Made by a program: the position numbers and the translations under genes
Shown here: positions 10,222 through 19,332 of the stretch, piece by piece
Layout: each line of letters begins with the position of its first letter
Position numbering within the stretch: the stretch's first letter is position 1
Virus record (IMG/VR): IMGVR_UViG_3300037807_000296
Location: 1,295-65,294 of that record
From: a virus
Taxonomy: Duplodnaviria; Caudoviricetes
DNA length: 64,000 bases
Direction: 5' to 3' (one strand)
Notes under the pieces: generated by a model
Databases searched by the model: none
What the model saw: the letters and a program-made list of their open reading frames with translations, nothing else
Told to the model about the DNA's origin: nothing

Positions 10222-11106
10222 TTAATTAGCTATTTCATAATAATAAAATCCTAAACTTTTCCAAGTCTTATTTATAGGATTATTGGGGAGGTTTTGAAGG
10301 AATAAACTTCGATTGATGCTGCCTTTACTGATTACAGCATTAAAATCTTGTTTACACAATCTTCGGATAGTTCTCGCTAGTACACTGTAAGTGTGTATCT
10401 CTTTAATAGCGTTTACTAGAGCTTGAGCTGAGTGGAATTCTCCAACTCCCTTGAACCCGTAAAATTTGTAACCGTGTCTTGTCTCTACATGTTTTCGTAT
10501 CTTATCCTTCCCGATAGTCGCTTTCCATTCAGGATCAGTAATAGTTTCAATGTGTTTAGCGGTACTATCCTTTCCTGTAGTTGCTTTCCACTCAGGATCG
10601 TTTCTGGTGTTTATCATTTTAGCTGATTGTTTTTTTCCTGTAGTTGCTTTCCATTCAGGATCAGTAATAGTTTCTAATCTTTTAGCTGATTGTTTTTTTC
10701 CTGTAGTTGCTTTCCATTCAGGATCAGTAATAGTTTCAATGTGTTTAGCGTTTGAATTAAATGATGGGGCAAATCCTTTATTAGCATATCCTTTGTTGTA
10801 GAATAAAGGATTAATAGCTGCTTTGTGTTCTCGTTGTAAATTCTCCTCATAATCTAAACATTCTTTGATGTTATCAAATGTTTCAATTATTACACGTTCT
10901 AATTGAGATGATTGGGTTTTTTGAAGGATCTTAAAATGCTCAACAGAGGATGATCCGTAATAAGTATCCTCTTCAGGATTAATGTTATTTTCTTGTAATT
11001 CTTTACGATAAGAGGAACCAATATAATACTTCTCTGTTCCTATAGGATTGAGGTCAGTGATTAAGTAAACATAAAAGTTAGGGCCGCTATAAATAGATGT
11101 ATACAT
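10222..11106 (-). CDS. GIY-YIG endonuclease paralog 2, lying between the uvsX halves
   Basis: N-terminus nearly identical to 5705..7003; four 21-aa repeats; ends WKSLGFY. Confidence 0.88.
   Translation of the reverse strand: MYTSIYSGPNFYVYLITDLNPIGTEKYYIGSSYRKELQENNINPEEDTYYGSSSVEHFKILQKTQSSQLERVIIETFDNIKECLDYEENLQREHKAAINPLFYNKGYANKGFAPSFNSNAKHIETITDPEWKATTGKKQSAKRLETITDPEWKATTGKKQSAKMINTRNDPEWKATTGKDSTAKHIETITDPEWKATIGKDKIRKHVETRHGYKFYGFKGVGEFHSAQALVNAIKEIHTYSVLARTIRRLCKQDFNAVISKGSINRSLFLQNLPNNPINKTWKSLGFYYYEIAN
10498..10749 (-). repeat. Four 63-bp/21-aa repeats AKxxETITDPEWKATTGKxxx
   Basis: Visible directly. Confidence 0.92.
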
Positions 11107-11133
11107 TGCAATACGTCCTTATTGTTGTGTTAG

Positions 11134-11166
11134 AAAGGGATTAATGTTCGAATCATTAATCCTTTT
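11134..11166 (+). terminator. Conserved hairpin plus T-run
   Basis: AAAGGGATTAATG-TTCGAAT-CATTAATCCTTTT. Confidence 0.65.
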
Positions 11167-11180
11167 TATTTATCTTTATG

Positions 11181-11209
11181 TTGACATTTATCGTTTAATG
11201 TTGTATAAT
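11181..11209 (+). promoter_or_regulatory. Consensus sigma70 promoter for the uvsX C-half
   Basis: TTGACA-17-TATAAT; SD GGAG before ATG 11244. Confidence 0.85.
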
Positions 11210-11243
11210 TATATTAATGTTAATGATATTATGGAGAAAGTGA

Positions 11244-11627
11244 ATGAAGCGGTTAAAATTAACGTATAAAGAGTTGTATGAGTTGATTGAAAAAGATCAG
11301 ATGATAGAATATCATGTTAAGGATCATAACGGAGAATTTACAAAGGTTATAGGTATCAATAAGAAACAATCTGATACATATGATATCGATATCTCAGATG
11401 GTGCTATTAAGATGACTGTTGGTGATCGGCATGCTTTTATGAATTCAATCGGTAATGCTGTTGTTACAGAAGATTTAGTCCCAGGTGATCAATTAAAATC
11501 ATTACATGGAAATTTACTAGTCACATCTGTTGACAATTTCAAGAAAGATCAAGAAGTGTATGATATAGCTATATCAGATCCACATTGGTATACTAATGAT
11601 GATAGTCATGGATTAATTCATCATAAT
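11244..11627 (+). mobile_element. Split intein C-fragment (IntC, 128 aa)
   Basis: Ends GLIHHN|S(+1). Confidence 0.88.
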
Positions 11628-12458
11628 AGTTTAGTTTCTTTACAATTCGTTTCTGCTTATATGGGTAAGCATAAAGATGCTGTATGTTTATTTTACGATT
11701 CAGAATTCGGTATGCCTGAGAATTACTTCACATCTAATGATGTAGATGTTGATAGAGTTATACATCTTCCAGTCAAGAATATTGAGGAGTTGAAGTTTGA
11801 TATCATGCAACAGTTAGAAGCTATCAGCAAAGATGATAAGGTTATAATCTTTATTGATAGTATCGGTAATCTATCCAGTAAGAAGGAAATGGATGATGCT
11901 ATTGATGGAAAATCAGTTGCTGATATGTCAAGAGCTAAGATGTTGAAATCGTTATTCCGTATGGTTACTCCTTATCTAACAATGAAGGATATTCCTATGA
12001 TTGCTGTTAATCATGTATATAATGAGATTGGTTTATATCCTAAAGCTATCGTTGGAGGAGGGCAGGGTGTGTACCTCTCAGCTGACACAATCTTCATCAT
12101 GGGAAGACGTCAGAATAAGAAGGGTACTGAGGTTAAGGGTTATGATTTTATCATGAACATTGAGAAAAGTCGATATGTTAGGGAGAAGTCTAAGTTACCT
12201 ATAACAGTATCATGGGAAGGTGGTATTGATAAGTATTCAGGATTGCTTGAGATTGCTAGACAGTTGGAGTATGTTACCTCACCTAAGAATGGATGGTATA
12301 CTAGACCCATGATTGAGGGTGATAAGAACTGGAGAGCGGGAGATTCATCGTGTGCTGAGTTTTGGGATCCATTATTGTTGAGTGATGAATTTAAAACAGC
12401 TATTACACGTTCTTATGAAGTGGGTAGCTCTCCTATGGAAGGTGATATGGATGAGTGA
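11244..12458 (+). CDS. uvsX: 128-aa C-intein fused to the UvsX C-terminal part
   Basis: Intein block B (TVGDRH), block F (VYDI), terminal HN then S; extein carries CLFYDSEFG, IFIDSIGNL, VGGGQG, IEKSR. Confidence 0.93.
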   Translation: MKRLKLTYKELYELIEKDQMIEYHVKDHNGEFTKVIGINKKQSDTYDIDISDGAIKMTVGDRHAFMNSIGNAVVTEDLVPGDQLKSLHGNLLVTSVDNFKKDQEVYDIAISDPHWYTNDDSHGLIHHNSLVSLQFVSAYMGKHKDAVCLFYDSEFGMPENYFTSNDVDVDRVIHLPVKNIEELKFDIMQQLEAISKDDKVIIFIDSIGNLSSKKEMDDAIDGKSVADMSRAKMLKSLFRMVTPYLTMKDIPMIAVNHVYNEIGLYPKAIVGGGQGVYLSADTIFIMGRRQNKKGTEVKGYDFIMNIEKSRYVREKSKLPITVSWEGGIDKYSGLLEIARQLEYVTSPKNGWYTRPMIEGDKNWRAGDSSCAEFWDPLLLSDEFKTAITRSYEVGSSPMEGDMDE

Positions 12459-12735
12459 GCTTGATGTAGATCTTAAAAGATATAAGTTGTGTGTAGATCA
12501 ACATGGAGTTGATAGATATTCTGATATGAAGGGTATCTTCACCCAAGATGCTATTGTATTTATAAATGAGAATGATCTAGTTGATGTTAGTCTTGATGAT
12601 GTTATAGATCACCATGGTATTATATTTTATGCACATGCTTTATCTAGGGATGACCCATCTATATACGGTACATATTATAATAAAGGAGAGCCAATGTTAA
12701 TGTTAAAGTCAATGATGGAGATAGCAGATGAATAA
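12451..12735 (+). CDS. Hypothetical protein
   Basis: ORF overlapping the uvsX stop; start moved to ATG 12451. Confidence 0.55.
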   Translation: MSELDVDLKRYKLCVDQHGVDRYSDMKGIFTQDAIVFINENDLVDVSLDDVIDHHGIIFYAHALSRDDPSIYGTYYNKGEPMLMLKSMMEIADE

Positions 12736-12952
12736 TGATCAAGTTAATTTAGTTACAGAATCTGGATATCATATACAATTTAATCCTGATTCTGTTGAGA
12801 TTTCGGAAGATGGAGAGGTGGTACTTGATATTGTAGTGTATAAAAATGACGTTCCTGTTAATGATTATGATAAAGATGAAGTTGATGGAGCTATATCAAG
12901 ATTTATAACAGATGTATTTAAACAAGCAATGGAGATTGATGAACATGAGTAA
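12728..12952 (+). CDS. Hypothetical acidic protein (in the position of gp40)
   Basis: Lies between uvsX and 41; identity inferred from synteny only. Confidence 0.5.
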   Translation: MNNDQVNLVTESGYHIQFNPDSVEISEDGEVVLDIVVYKNDVPVNDYDKDEVDGAISRFITDVFKQAMEIDEHE

Positions 12953-13259
12953 AATTGTAGTAATGAAGTTGTTGTCAGGGGATGATATTGTAGCAAATGT
13001 TGTAGATGCAGGTACTAATGAATCTGTTATTGAAATACGGGATGTGATAGCTCTACACCAAGTACCTATGGAACAAGGGGGTATTGGTGTAGCTGTTCAT
13101 CCATTCTTACCTTATGTTACTGAAGGACATGTTTTTTCTATCGCTCTATCTCATGTTATTGTTATGGCTCCTCCATCAGAAGATATTCTGAAACAATATA
13201 ATAATGTATATAAAGAGAAAGAGAAAGAGTTAATCAATCGTAAAGAATACAAACATTAA
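12945..13259 (+). CDS. Sm-like fold protein of T4-like phages
   Basis: KLLSGDDIVA and PFLPY motifs. Confidence 0.55.
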   Translation: MSKIVVMKLLSGDDIVANVVDAGTNESVIEIRDVIALHQVPMEQGGIGVAVHPFLPYVTEGHVFSIALSHVIVMAPPSEDILKQYNNVYKEKEKELINRKEYKH

Positions 13260-13280
13260 AGTATAGGGTATACTGTATAT

Positions 13281-14639
13281 ATGATCACAACTGAAAATGT
13301 TATAATATCTGAGTTATTGACTAACGTTGATTATCTTCAAAGAGTGATCGCACATATTAGACCAGAATATTTTCATGATGCAGCAGAGAGAGTGGTTCTA
13401 GAAGAGATTATAAAATATACAATTAAATATGGCAATGCTCCTAGTAAAGATGCTCTTGCTATTAATATTGATTCTCGAGATGATCTTAATGAGCAGCAAT
13501 ATATTAATGTGATTGATGTATTGGAAAATTTATCTGAAGAATCTCATGATAATGATTGGCTTATAGATGCAACAGATCAGTTTATCAAAGATAAGAGTGT
13601 ATATAATGCTGTAATGGAAAGTATCTCTATTATTGATGATAATGAAAAGCCTAATACATCCCTCCCTGATATACTGAGTGATGCGTTATCTGTATCTTTA
13701 GATGATCATGTTGGTCATGATTATTTGGATGATATTGAAGAACGATATGATTTTTATCATAACGTAGAGGAACGTATACCGTGTGATCTAAGCCGATTGA
13801 ATGTGGCAATGAAAGGGGGAGCACCTAAAAAAACGTTAAACTGTGCTATGGCGGGTACAAACGTGGGGAAAACAGTATTTTTATGTTCATTAGCGGCATC
13901 TTATTTAAAACAACATAAAAATGTGTTGTATATTACGATGGAGATGGCTGAGGAACGTATTGCTGAACGTATTGATGCTAATATTCTAAAAACCCCAATG
14001 GATGAGTTGGAACATCTTGATAGAGATATGTACACCACAAAATTTAAGAATGCTATGAGTAATGTGAAAGGTAATCTTATTGTAAAGGAATACCCTACAG
14101 GTGCAGCATCTGCAGCAACGTTTAGAGGGTTGTTAAAGGAATTGAAAATAAAGAAGGATTTTACTCCGGATATTCTTTTAATTGATTATCTAGCGATCTG
14201 CTCTTCTACTAGATATAGTGGAGTGTCGGAGAATAGTTATCATTTCGTTAAAGCAGTCGCAGAAGAGTTGCGGGGATTAGCGATTGAATGTAATGTTCCA
14301 ATATGGACAGCAGCTCAAACGAATCGTGGTGCATTTAACGATTCTGATCCTGATATGACAAGTATTGCTGAATGTATATACGTAGAAGAGCAGGTTGAGT
14401 TAGTTAATGGTGATTTCATTGCTATTAAAGATGTTGAAATTGGTGATAAGATTTTAGATAATGAGATGTATAAGACTGTGGTGACTACTCATCACGTGAA
14501 ACCTAAAGATTGTGTTAAGATCACATTAAAATCGGGGAAAACTATCATTGTATCTAAGCAACACGTTTTCCCTACTAAGAGTGGTCGTAAATCGATAGAT
14601 TTAGGGTTGTGTGTTGGGGATAGATTGAATACTAAATGA
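13281..14639 (+). CDS. 41: Replicative helicase gp41 N-terminal part fused to an 88-aa N-intein
   Basis: AGTNVGKT, ITMEMAE, LIDYL, AAQTNR; after SIAE the sequence switches to intein CIYVEEQV...SKQHVFPT. Confidence 0.94.
   Translation: MITTENVIISELLTNVDYLQRVIAHIRPEYFHDAAERVVLEEIIKYTIKYGNAPSKDALAINIDSRDDLNEQQYINVIDVLENLSEESHDNDWLIDATDQFIKDKSVYNAVMESISIIDDNEKPNTSLPDILSDALSVSLDDHVGHDYLDDIEERYDFYHNVEERIPCDLSRLNVAMKGGAPKKTLNCAMAGTNVGKTVFLCSLAASYLKQHKNVLYITMEMAEERIAERIDANILKTPMDELEHLDRDMYTTKFKNAMSNVKGNLIVKEYPTGAASAATFRGLLKELKIKKDFTPDILLIDYLAICSSTRYSGVSENSYHFVKAVAEELRGLAIECNVPIWTAAQTNRGAFNDSDPDMTSIAECIYVEEQVELVNGDFIAIKDVEIGDKILDNEMYKTVVTTHHVKPKDCVKITLKSGKTIIVSKQHVFPTKSGRKSIDLGLCVGDRLNTK
14373..14636 (+). 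mobile_element. Split intein IntN (88 aa) in gp41
   Basis: Cys1, IKDVEIGDKI, block B SxxH. Confidence 0.9.
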
Positions 14640-14692
14640 TCTGTTGTTGATGTGGTTATATAAAGATAGGATTACCAGAAACGGAGATTGGA

Positions 14693-15244
14693 ATGACACA
14701 AAAAGAGTTTGAGCAGGATTGTTATGAAAAAGCGCAAAAATATATACAAGGTGGATTGGTACACGCTGGTACTGATTTATTAAACCTCACTGAAGTGTTT
14801 ATATCTATGGGTCAAGAGCATTTGGATAGAATGTTATTATCTGACTCTAAAATAGATTATAATGATGAGATAGTTGCTATTGAAGAGGTGGGAGTTAAGG
14901 ATACTGTGGATATTTCAGTTACTGGAGATCATCTTTTCTATTGTAATGGCATATTAACGAAAAATTCATTTGGACTTGCTGCCACTCTCGATTTCCTCAT
15001 TTCATTAACGACTAATGATGAGTTATCTGAGATGGGTCAAATTAAATTCAAAACTATTAAAAATAGGTATACTGAGGATAAAAAATCATTTATGGTGAAT
15101 GTTGATTTCCCTCGAATGACATTCTCTGATGTTGATGATATATCTACTAACTATTCAGTATCACCCCAAACTCAAGATTTGATGTCTAATAAACCTACAT
15201 TTAACTCTAGAGTTAGTAAATTTGATAGTATCGTTGTTAATTGA
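14693..15244 (+). CDS. 41: C-intein fused to the gp41 C-terminal part
   Basis: DEIVAIEEVG..TVDISVTGDHLFYCNGILTKN|SFGLAATLDF...IKNRY. Confidence 0.92.
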   Translation: MTQKEFEQDCYEKAQKYIQGGLVHAGTDLLNLTEVFISMGQEHLDRMLLSDSKIDYNDEIVAIEEVGVKDTVDISVTGDHLFYCNGILTKNSFGLAATLDFLISLTTNDELSEMGQIKFKTIKNRYTEDKKSFMVNVDFPRMTFSDVDDISTNYSVSPQTQDLMSNKPTFNSRVSKFDSIVVN

Positions 15245-15260
15245 ACTGATAAATAATGAG

Positions 15261-15476
15261 ATGAATGAAGAACATAAAAATAGATTGATATCTAAAACGA
15301 TATCAGATGATATCCGGACATTAGAGAGATTCGTTAAATTATACTCAAGAAAATCATCAATAATCCGTAAATTATCATCTGGTAATAACGTTGATTATGG
15401 ACAAGATTCTGATGTGATTTTACATGGAATTTCTTTGATATCTCAAACACTAACTAAATTAAAGAGTGTAACATGA
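15261..15476 (+). CDS. Hypothetical protein
   Basis: ORF after GATAAATA at 15248; start uncertain. Confidence 0.5.
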   Translation: MNEEHKNRLISKTISDDIRTLERFVKLYSRKSSIIRKLSSGNNVDYGQDSDVILHGISLISQTLTKLKSVT

Positions 15477-16891
15477 AAAGTTTCTTAGATCATTTGGATG
15501 AGGTTAAATTCAGCTCTAAACGTATTAACTCAGTGTTAACTTTACTAGCATCTCTAGCTAGTAAAAAAGTTGGAAGTGAGTTTAAGAGACTTGAGGGATC
15601 CATCTTCCTTGATGTGCAATTTAAGAAAGCTGATGGTATAAAAGGATCTGGTGCCTTATATATGAATGAAAAAGGTCAGATGCTTCGTATAGGAGTTAGC
15701 AAAGGTAAGGGTTTCGAGAATAAGAGTAATGAGCTTAATACTTTTGATTTCTGGGAAGCGGGGATGGATTGGTCGAAGCCTTCTCGATCAGCTATAGCAT
15801 ACCCTCATTATAATATCATAGATGTAGTGAATGATGTACTTCTTTATGTTATTAAAGGTAATTATCCTATTAAAGAGAGTTTAGATGAAGCAGCGACTCA
15901 AGTTAAATCAGGGTCAAAATTATTCCTCTACGCATTATCTAAAGGGTGGGAAGCAGAGGATGCTGTAGCATTAACACAGCATAGTCTCAAATCCCGATTG
16001 AATAAATCTGGTGATTGGGATAATGATGAGTTTAGAGGATATAAGAAGATAAGCTCATCAGAAGTTAATAGCGTTAAAGTTAATATGAAAAAAGCTGATA
16101 AAATATTAGCAGATCGTAAGTATGCTGATCCCGATTTAGTATTTAATGATATTGAGGATTTAGCTAAAGTGGTTGCATCAGGTGCTCAGAATAGTATGAT
16201 TGTGGCTGGGATGGCTGGAATTGGTAAAACGTATCACATCGAAAAAACTCTAGAATCTATGTTTGGATCTCCTGACGGTCCAAACGCGAGATGGAGACAT
16301 TATAAAGGGGCTAAGTTATCAGTCTTTGGTTTATATAATGCTCTATATCAAAATAGAACTGATATGACTATAGTATTTGATGACTCTGATAGTGTGTGGA
16401 AGGATGCTGATGCAGTTAACATCCTCAAATCTGCTTTAGATACTTATGAGAAGAGAAAATTATCGTGGACTAGTAAAGCGACGTTCCCTGTTCAAAATCT
16501 AACTCCAGAAGAGAGATTGGAATATGAGATGAAGGTTGATGGAGAGTTATTGGATCCTGATTCACTTTCTGCTGTTAAACTTCCATCAGAGTTTATCTTC
16601 ACGTCTAGAGTTATATTTATTAGTAATCTCCCTCCTAATAAGATTGACTCTGCTATTCAATCAAGATCACTGTTTATTGATGTAAACTTAACAAGAGAGA
16701 GTGTAATCCTCCGAATCAAATCAATCCTTAAAGTTATTCATTTAGATGTATCAGATGAGGAGAAGTTTGCTATTGTGGATGCGTTATCAGAAAACTCTTC
16801 GACTCTAACTATGAGAGCTGTTGAGGCTGCTATGGCTATTAAAAAGGCAGGAATCAATGATTGGGAAAGACTTGTTTCACAGTACGTCTAA
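15473..16891 (+). CDS. AAA+ ATPase with capsid-targeting-like N-terminus
   Basis: GMAGIGKT, IVFDDSD, FISN, AIQSRS; begins MKSFLDHLDE. Confidence 0.82.
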   Translation: MKSFLDHLDEVKFSSKRINSVLTLLASLASKKVGSEFKRLEGSIFLDVQFKKADGIKGSGALYMNEKGQMLRIGVSKGKGFENKSNELNTFDFWEAGMDWSKPSRSAIAYPHYNIIDVVNDVLLYVIKGNYPIKESLDEAATQVKSGSKLFLYALSKGWEAEDAVALTQHSLKSRLNKSGDWDNDEFRGYKKISSSEVNSVKVNMKKADKILADRKYADPDLVFNDIEDLAKVVASGAQNSMIVAGMAGIGKTYHIEKTLESMFGSPDGPNARWRHYKGAKLSVFGLYNALYQNRTDMTIVFDDSDSVWKDADAVNILKSALDTYEKRKLSWTSKATFPVQNLTPEERLEYEMKVDGELLDPDSLSAVKLPSEFIFTSRVIFISNLPPNKIDSAIQSRSLFIDVNLTRESVILRIKSILKVIHLDVSDEEKFAIVDALSENSSTLTMRAVEAAMAIKKAGINDWERLVSQYV

Positions 16892-16989
16892 ACATCCTCG
16901 TAATAGTAAAATCCTAAATCTTGATGGGATGTTGCGATGGACGTGAACAGTATACAAACGGAAACTACAGTTATTGGAGAGTGTATCAA

Positions 16990-17943
16990 ATGAAAACATT
17001 TGAGATGTATATCAGTGAGCGGAGACGGAATCCAGATCAGAATCCTAGAATATCAGCATATGATGCTCTATTAAAGTATAAAGATGATTCTGATATGTAT
17101 ATCAGTTTTACCTCAAAACGAAAGATTGGGATTAATCCAGCGTCTGATTACAATACTCCCTTATCTATATACACTTACCCTTTAAAAGAGATTTGGAAGG
17201 GATTTGATCATAAACATAAACGAATTGTAGTACCGTTTGCAGGTCAATATAAACATATATGGGTGTTGAAGCAAACTGGGACTAAATTTATAAAAAACAT
17301 GAATCAGGATTACTTATCGAGTGATTATGATCGAGATATGATGAAGTTGAGAGATTTATATGAAAAGGAATCGATGGCCTCTGTAACTAAAGACGCTATA
17401 CTATTCTCAGCTAAAAAGATAACCCGAGCTATTATAGGTATTAACTCTAATCAAGATTCTAAGCATCTTGTATTTGGATCTATGATTGAAAATGTTTATG
17501 ATGTTATTAAGATTGGAGTTATTAGCTGGGATGAGTTTAAGTTGAAGGTAAATGCATTTCAATCCCTTGATAAAGATTATACACAAGTTGAAGTTGAGCT
17601 TAAAAAACACAATGATATGTTCATTGCTAATAGTATATCATTTATAGAGAAGCAGGGAGCACAAAACGCTCGTTTTAAATCGCCTATTGGAATATTTTGG
17701 TATGTTACTATGAAGCTTGCTGAGAAGCTTGCTACTGGAGGACAGTTTAAACCAAGAGGTGTCAAAATTGGAAATAAGACTTCAAGAAAATGGAATAGTG
17801 TATTACGATCCTTAGGTTATGCGGGTTTCGCTGATAAAGATGGAAAGGGAATTATACACTCTTCAGAACCAATGCAGGCAATATTCTTAGATAAGAAGAG
17901 TTTTAAAGTCATTGAACTGATATACAATGAGATTGATAAATAA
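16990..17943 (+). CDS. Hypothetical protein, possibly ADP-ribosyltransferase-like
   Basis: SD GGAG before ATG 16990, MKTFEMYISE; LGYAGF...EP.QAIF pattern; fold is a guess. Confidence 0.55.
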   Translation: MKTFEMYISERRRNPDQNPRISAYDALLKYKDDSDMYISFTSKRKIGINPASDYNTPLSIYTYPLKEIWKGFDHKHKRIVVPFAGQYKHIWVLKQTGTKFIKNMNQDYLSSDYDRDMMKLRDLYEKESMASVTKDAILFSAKKITRAIIGINSNQDSKHLVFGSMIENVYDVIKIGVISWDEFKLKVNAFQSLDKDYTQVEVELKKHNDMFIANSISFIEKQGAQNARFKSPIGIFWYVTMKLAEKLATGGQFKPRGVKIGNKTSRKWNSVLRSLGYAGFADKDGKGIIHSSEPMQAIFLDKKSFKVIELIYNEIDK

Positions 17944-17947
17944 TAAT

Positions 17948-19312
17948 ATGAAAACATTTACCCAATACATCTTTGAAGGAAAAGCGTCTCTAAGTAGATC
18001 GAATTTCTCGGATAATCCAATTAGATTTGAGAAGTTTAAAGAGTTGATTTCTCAAGGATTTGAATTTGAATTAGTAGATAAACATGGATCTAAGAAGGTT
18101 GTTATAGATAAAGCGGTATTATCAGTGTTATCTGATGATCCTTCGTCCATTCCTGCATCTATTGATACAACGGACGGTCCTCATACAATTGGGCACTTCT
18201 TCAAAATCCCAGAACTTGGAGGGGGCAAGGGATCAGGAGGAGGGGCAGCGTCAACTAGATTGATGGAATCACTTCAATGTTTGTACTGTTCTTTAGCGTT
18301 TAATGTAGTTAAAGGGAATATATCAACACTCCACCTCCTCTCAGATAATTTAAAATCTGCGGCAAAGTACATTGATGTGGATGAGCAGTTTGATAATCTC
18401 TTAAACGTTAATCAACAAGATTGGATTGATGGGACTATATTAGCAGCGAATAAAATATACAACTATCTAGGTAATCACAAGTATACAATGCATCGTGGAT
18501 CTAAATTCATGAAGAAGATATACCAAAATAAAACTGATTTAATGAAAAAGGAATTGGGAACAGACTTGAATCCAGATAAATGGAATCCAGGGGATGTCTG
18601 GTTCGTAACATCTGAAGGGGAGAAGCAGATTAATAGAGGAAGTGGATCTATTGATGATTATAATCTATTGATTAAACGGTTATTCCAGAGTAGAGATTTA
18701 GTCGGTATATCCTTAAAGAAGATTGGGGGATCGGTAGCTATAGATGCTTATAATATAGAAGTTGAAGTTGTTGATGATAAATTCTCTTCATTTATAACTT
18801 CATCTAAACGAAATGATTTTTTTAATTCAATTGATGTGTATCTATTCTCAGATAAAAATACTACAATTCAATTGAGAGCATTTGGTAAGATTACGGGATG
18901 GCAGGCTGAGATTAAAGAGAAGTTAGCTAGTGGGGGTAAGATGAGTTTAGGCCCGATTAACATGCTCCTAAGAAGATTGAAGCATAGAATTCTCCCTGAT
19001 AGTAAACGAGTATCAAAAGCAGCTAAGGAACCTAATAACGTGTTCTGGAAAGAGTTTCATAGACTGTATGAGAAATATTCCGATGAACAATCTATGTCAC
19101 TAGAAGATTTTATCCTTAAAGCTACTTCTGGGAAGATGTCAAATCCTCAAAAAGCACACTCCTTCCGTTATAGTAAGTTTTTAGGATTGAAGTTCATTGA
19201 TATTTTAAACGGAACATCTAAAAGATCTGATAAAGATGATATAATTAAAGGTATGATAAGGTATGCTAGATCATCAACAGATCTCTCTTCTGTTTATATT
19301 AAAGTTCATTAA
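17948..19312 (+). CDS. Putative PD-(D/E)xK-type nuclease
   Basis: KWNPGDVW...VGISLKK; begins MKTFTQYIFE. Confidence 0.6.
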   Translation: MKTFTQYIFEGKASLSRSNFSDNPIRFEKFKELISQGFEFELVDKHGSKKVVIDKAVLSVLSDDPSSIPASIDTTDGPHTIGHFFKIPELGGGKGSGGGAASTRLMESLQCLYCSLAFNVVKGNISTLHLLSDNLKSAAKYIDVDEQFDNLLNVNQQDWIDGTILAANKIYNYLGNHKYTMHRGSKFMKKIYQNKTDLMKKELGTDLNPDKWNPGDVWFVTSEGEKQINRGSGSIDDYNLLIKRLFQSRDLVGISLKKIGGSVAIDAYNIEVEVVDDKFSSFITSSKRNDFFNSIDVYLFSDKNTTIQLRAFGKITGWQAEIKEKLASGGKMSLGPINMLLRRLKHRILPDSKRVSKAAKEPNNVFWKEFHRLYEKYSDEQSMSLEDFILKATSGKMSNPQKAHSFRYSKFLGLKFIDILNGTSKRSDKDDIIKGMIRYARSSTDLSSVYIKVH

Positions 19313-19332
19313 TCAAATAAAAAGGTACACTA

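Noticed and set aside
10217-11243. Group I intron in uvsX (or nrdJ, gp41)
   Set aside because: No P/Q/R/S core is recognisable; the fragments carry intein motifs, in-frame stops and their own start signals, which fits protein trans-splicing.
14637-14692. Stop-codon readthrough, recoding or gene-60-like bypass joining the gp41 halves
   Set aside because: The halves are in different frames, the second has its own SD, and other genes end normally at TAA, TAG and TGA; no suppressor tRNA was found.
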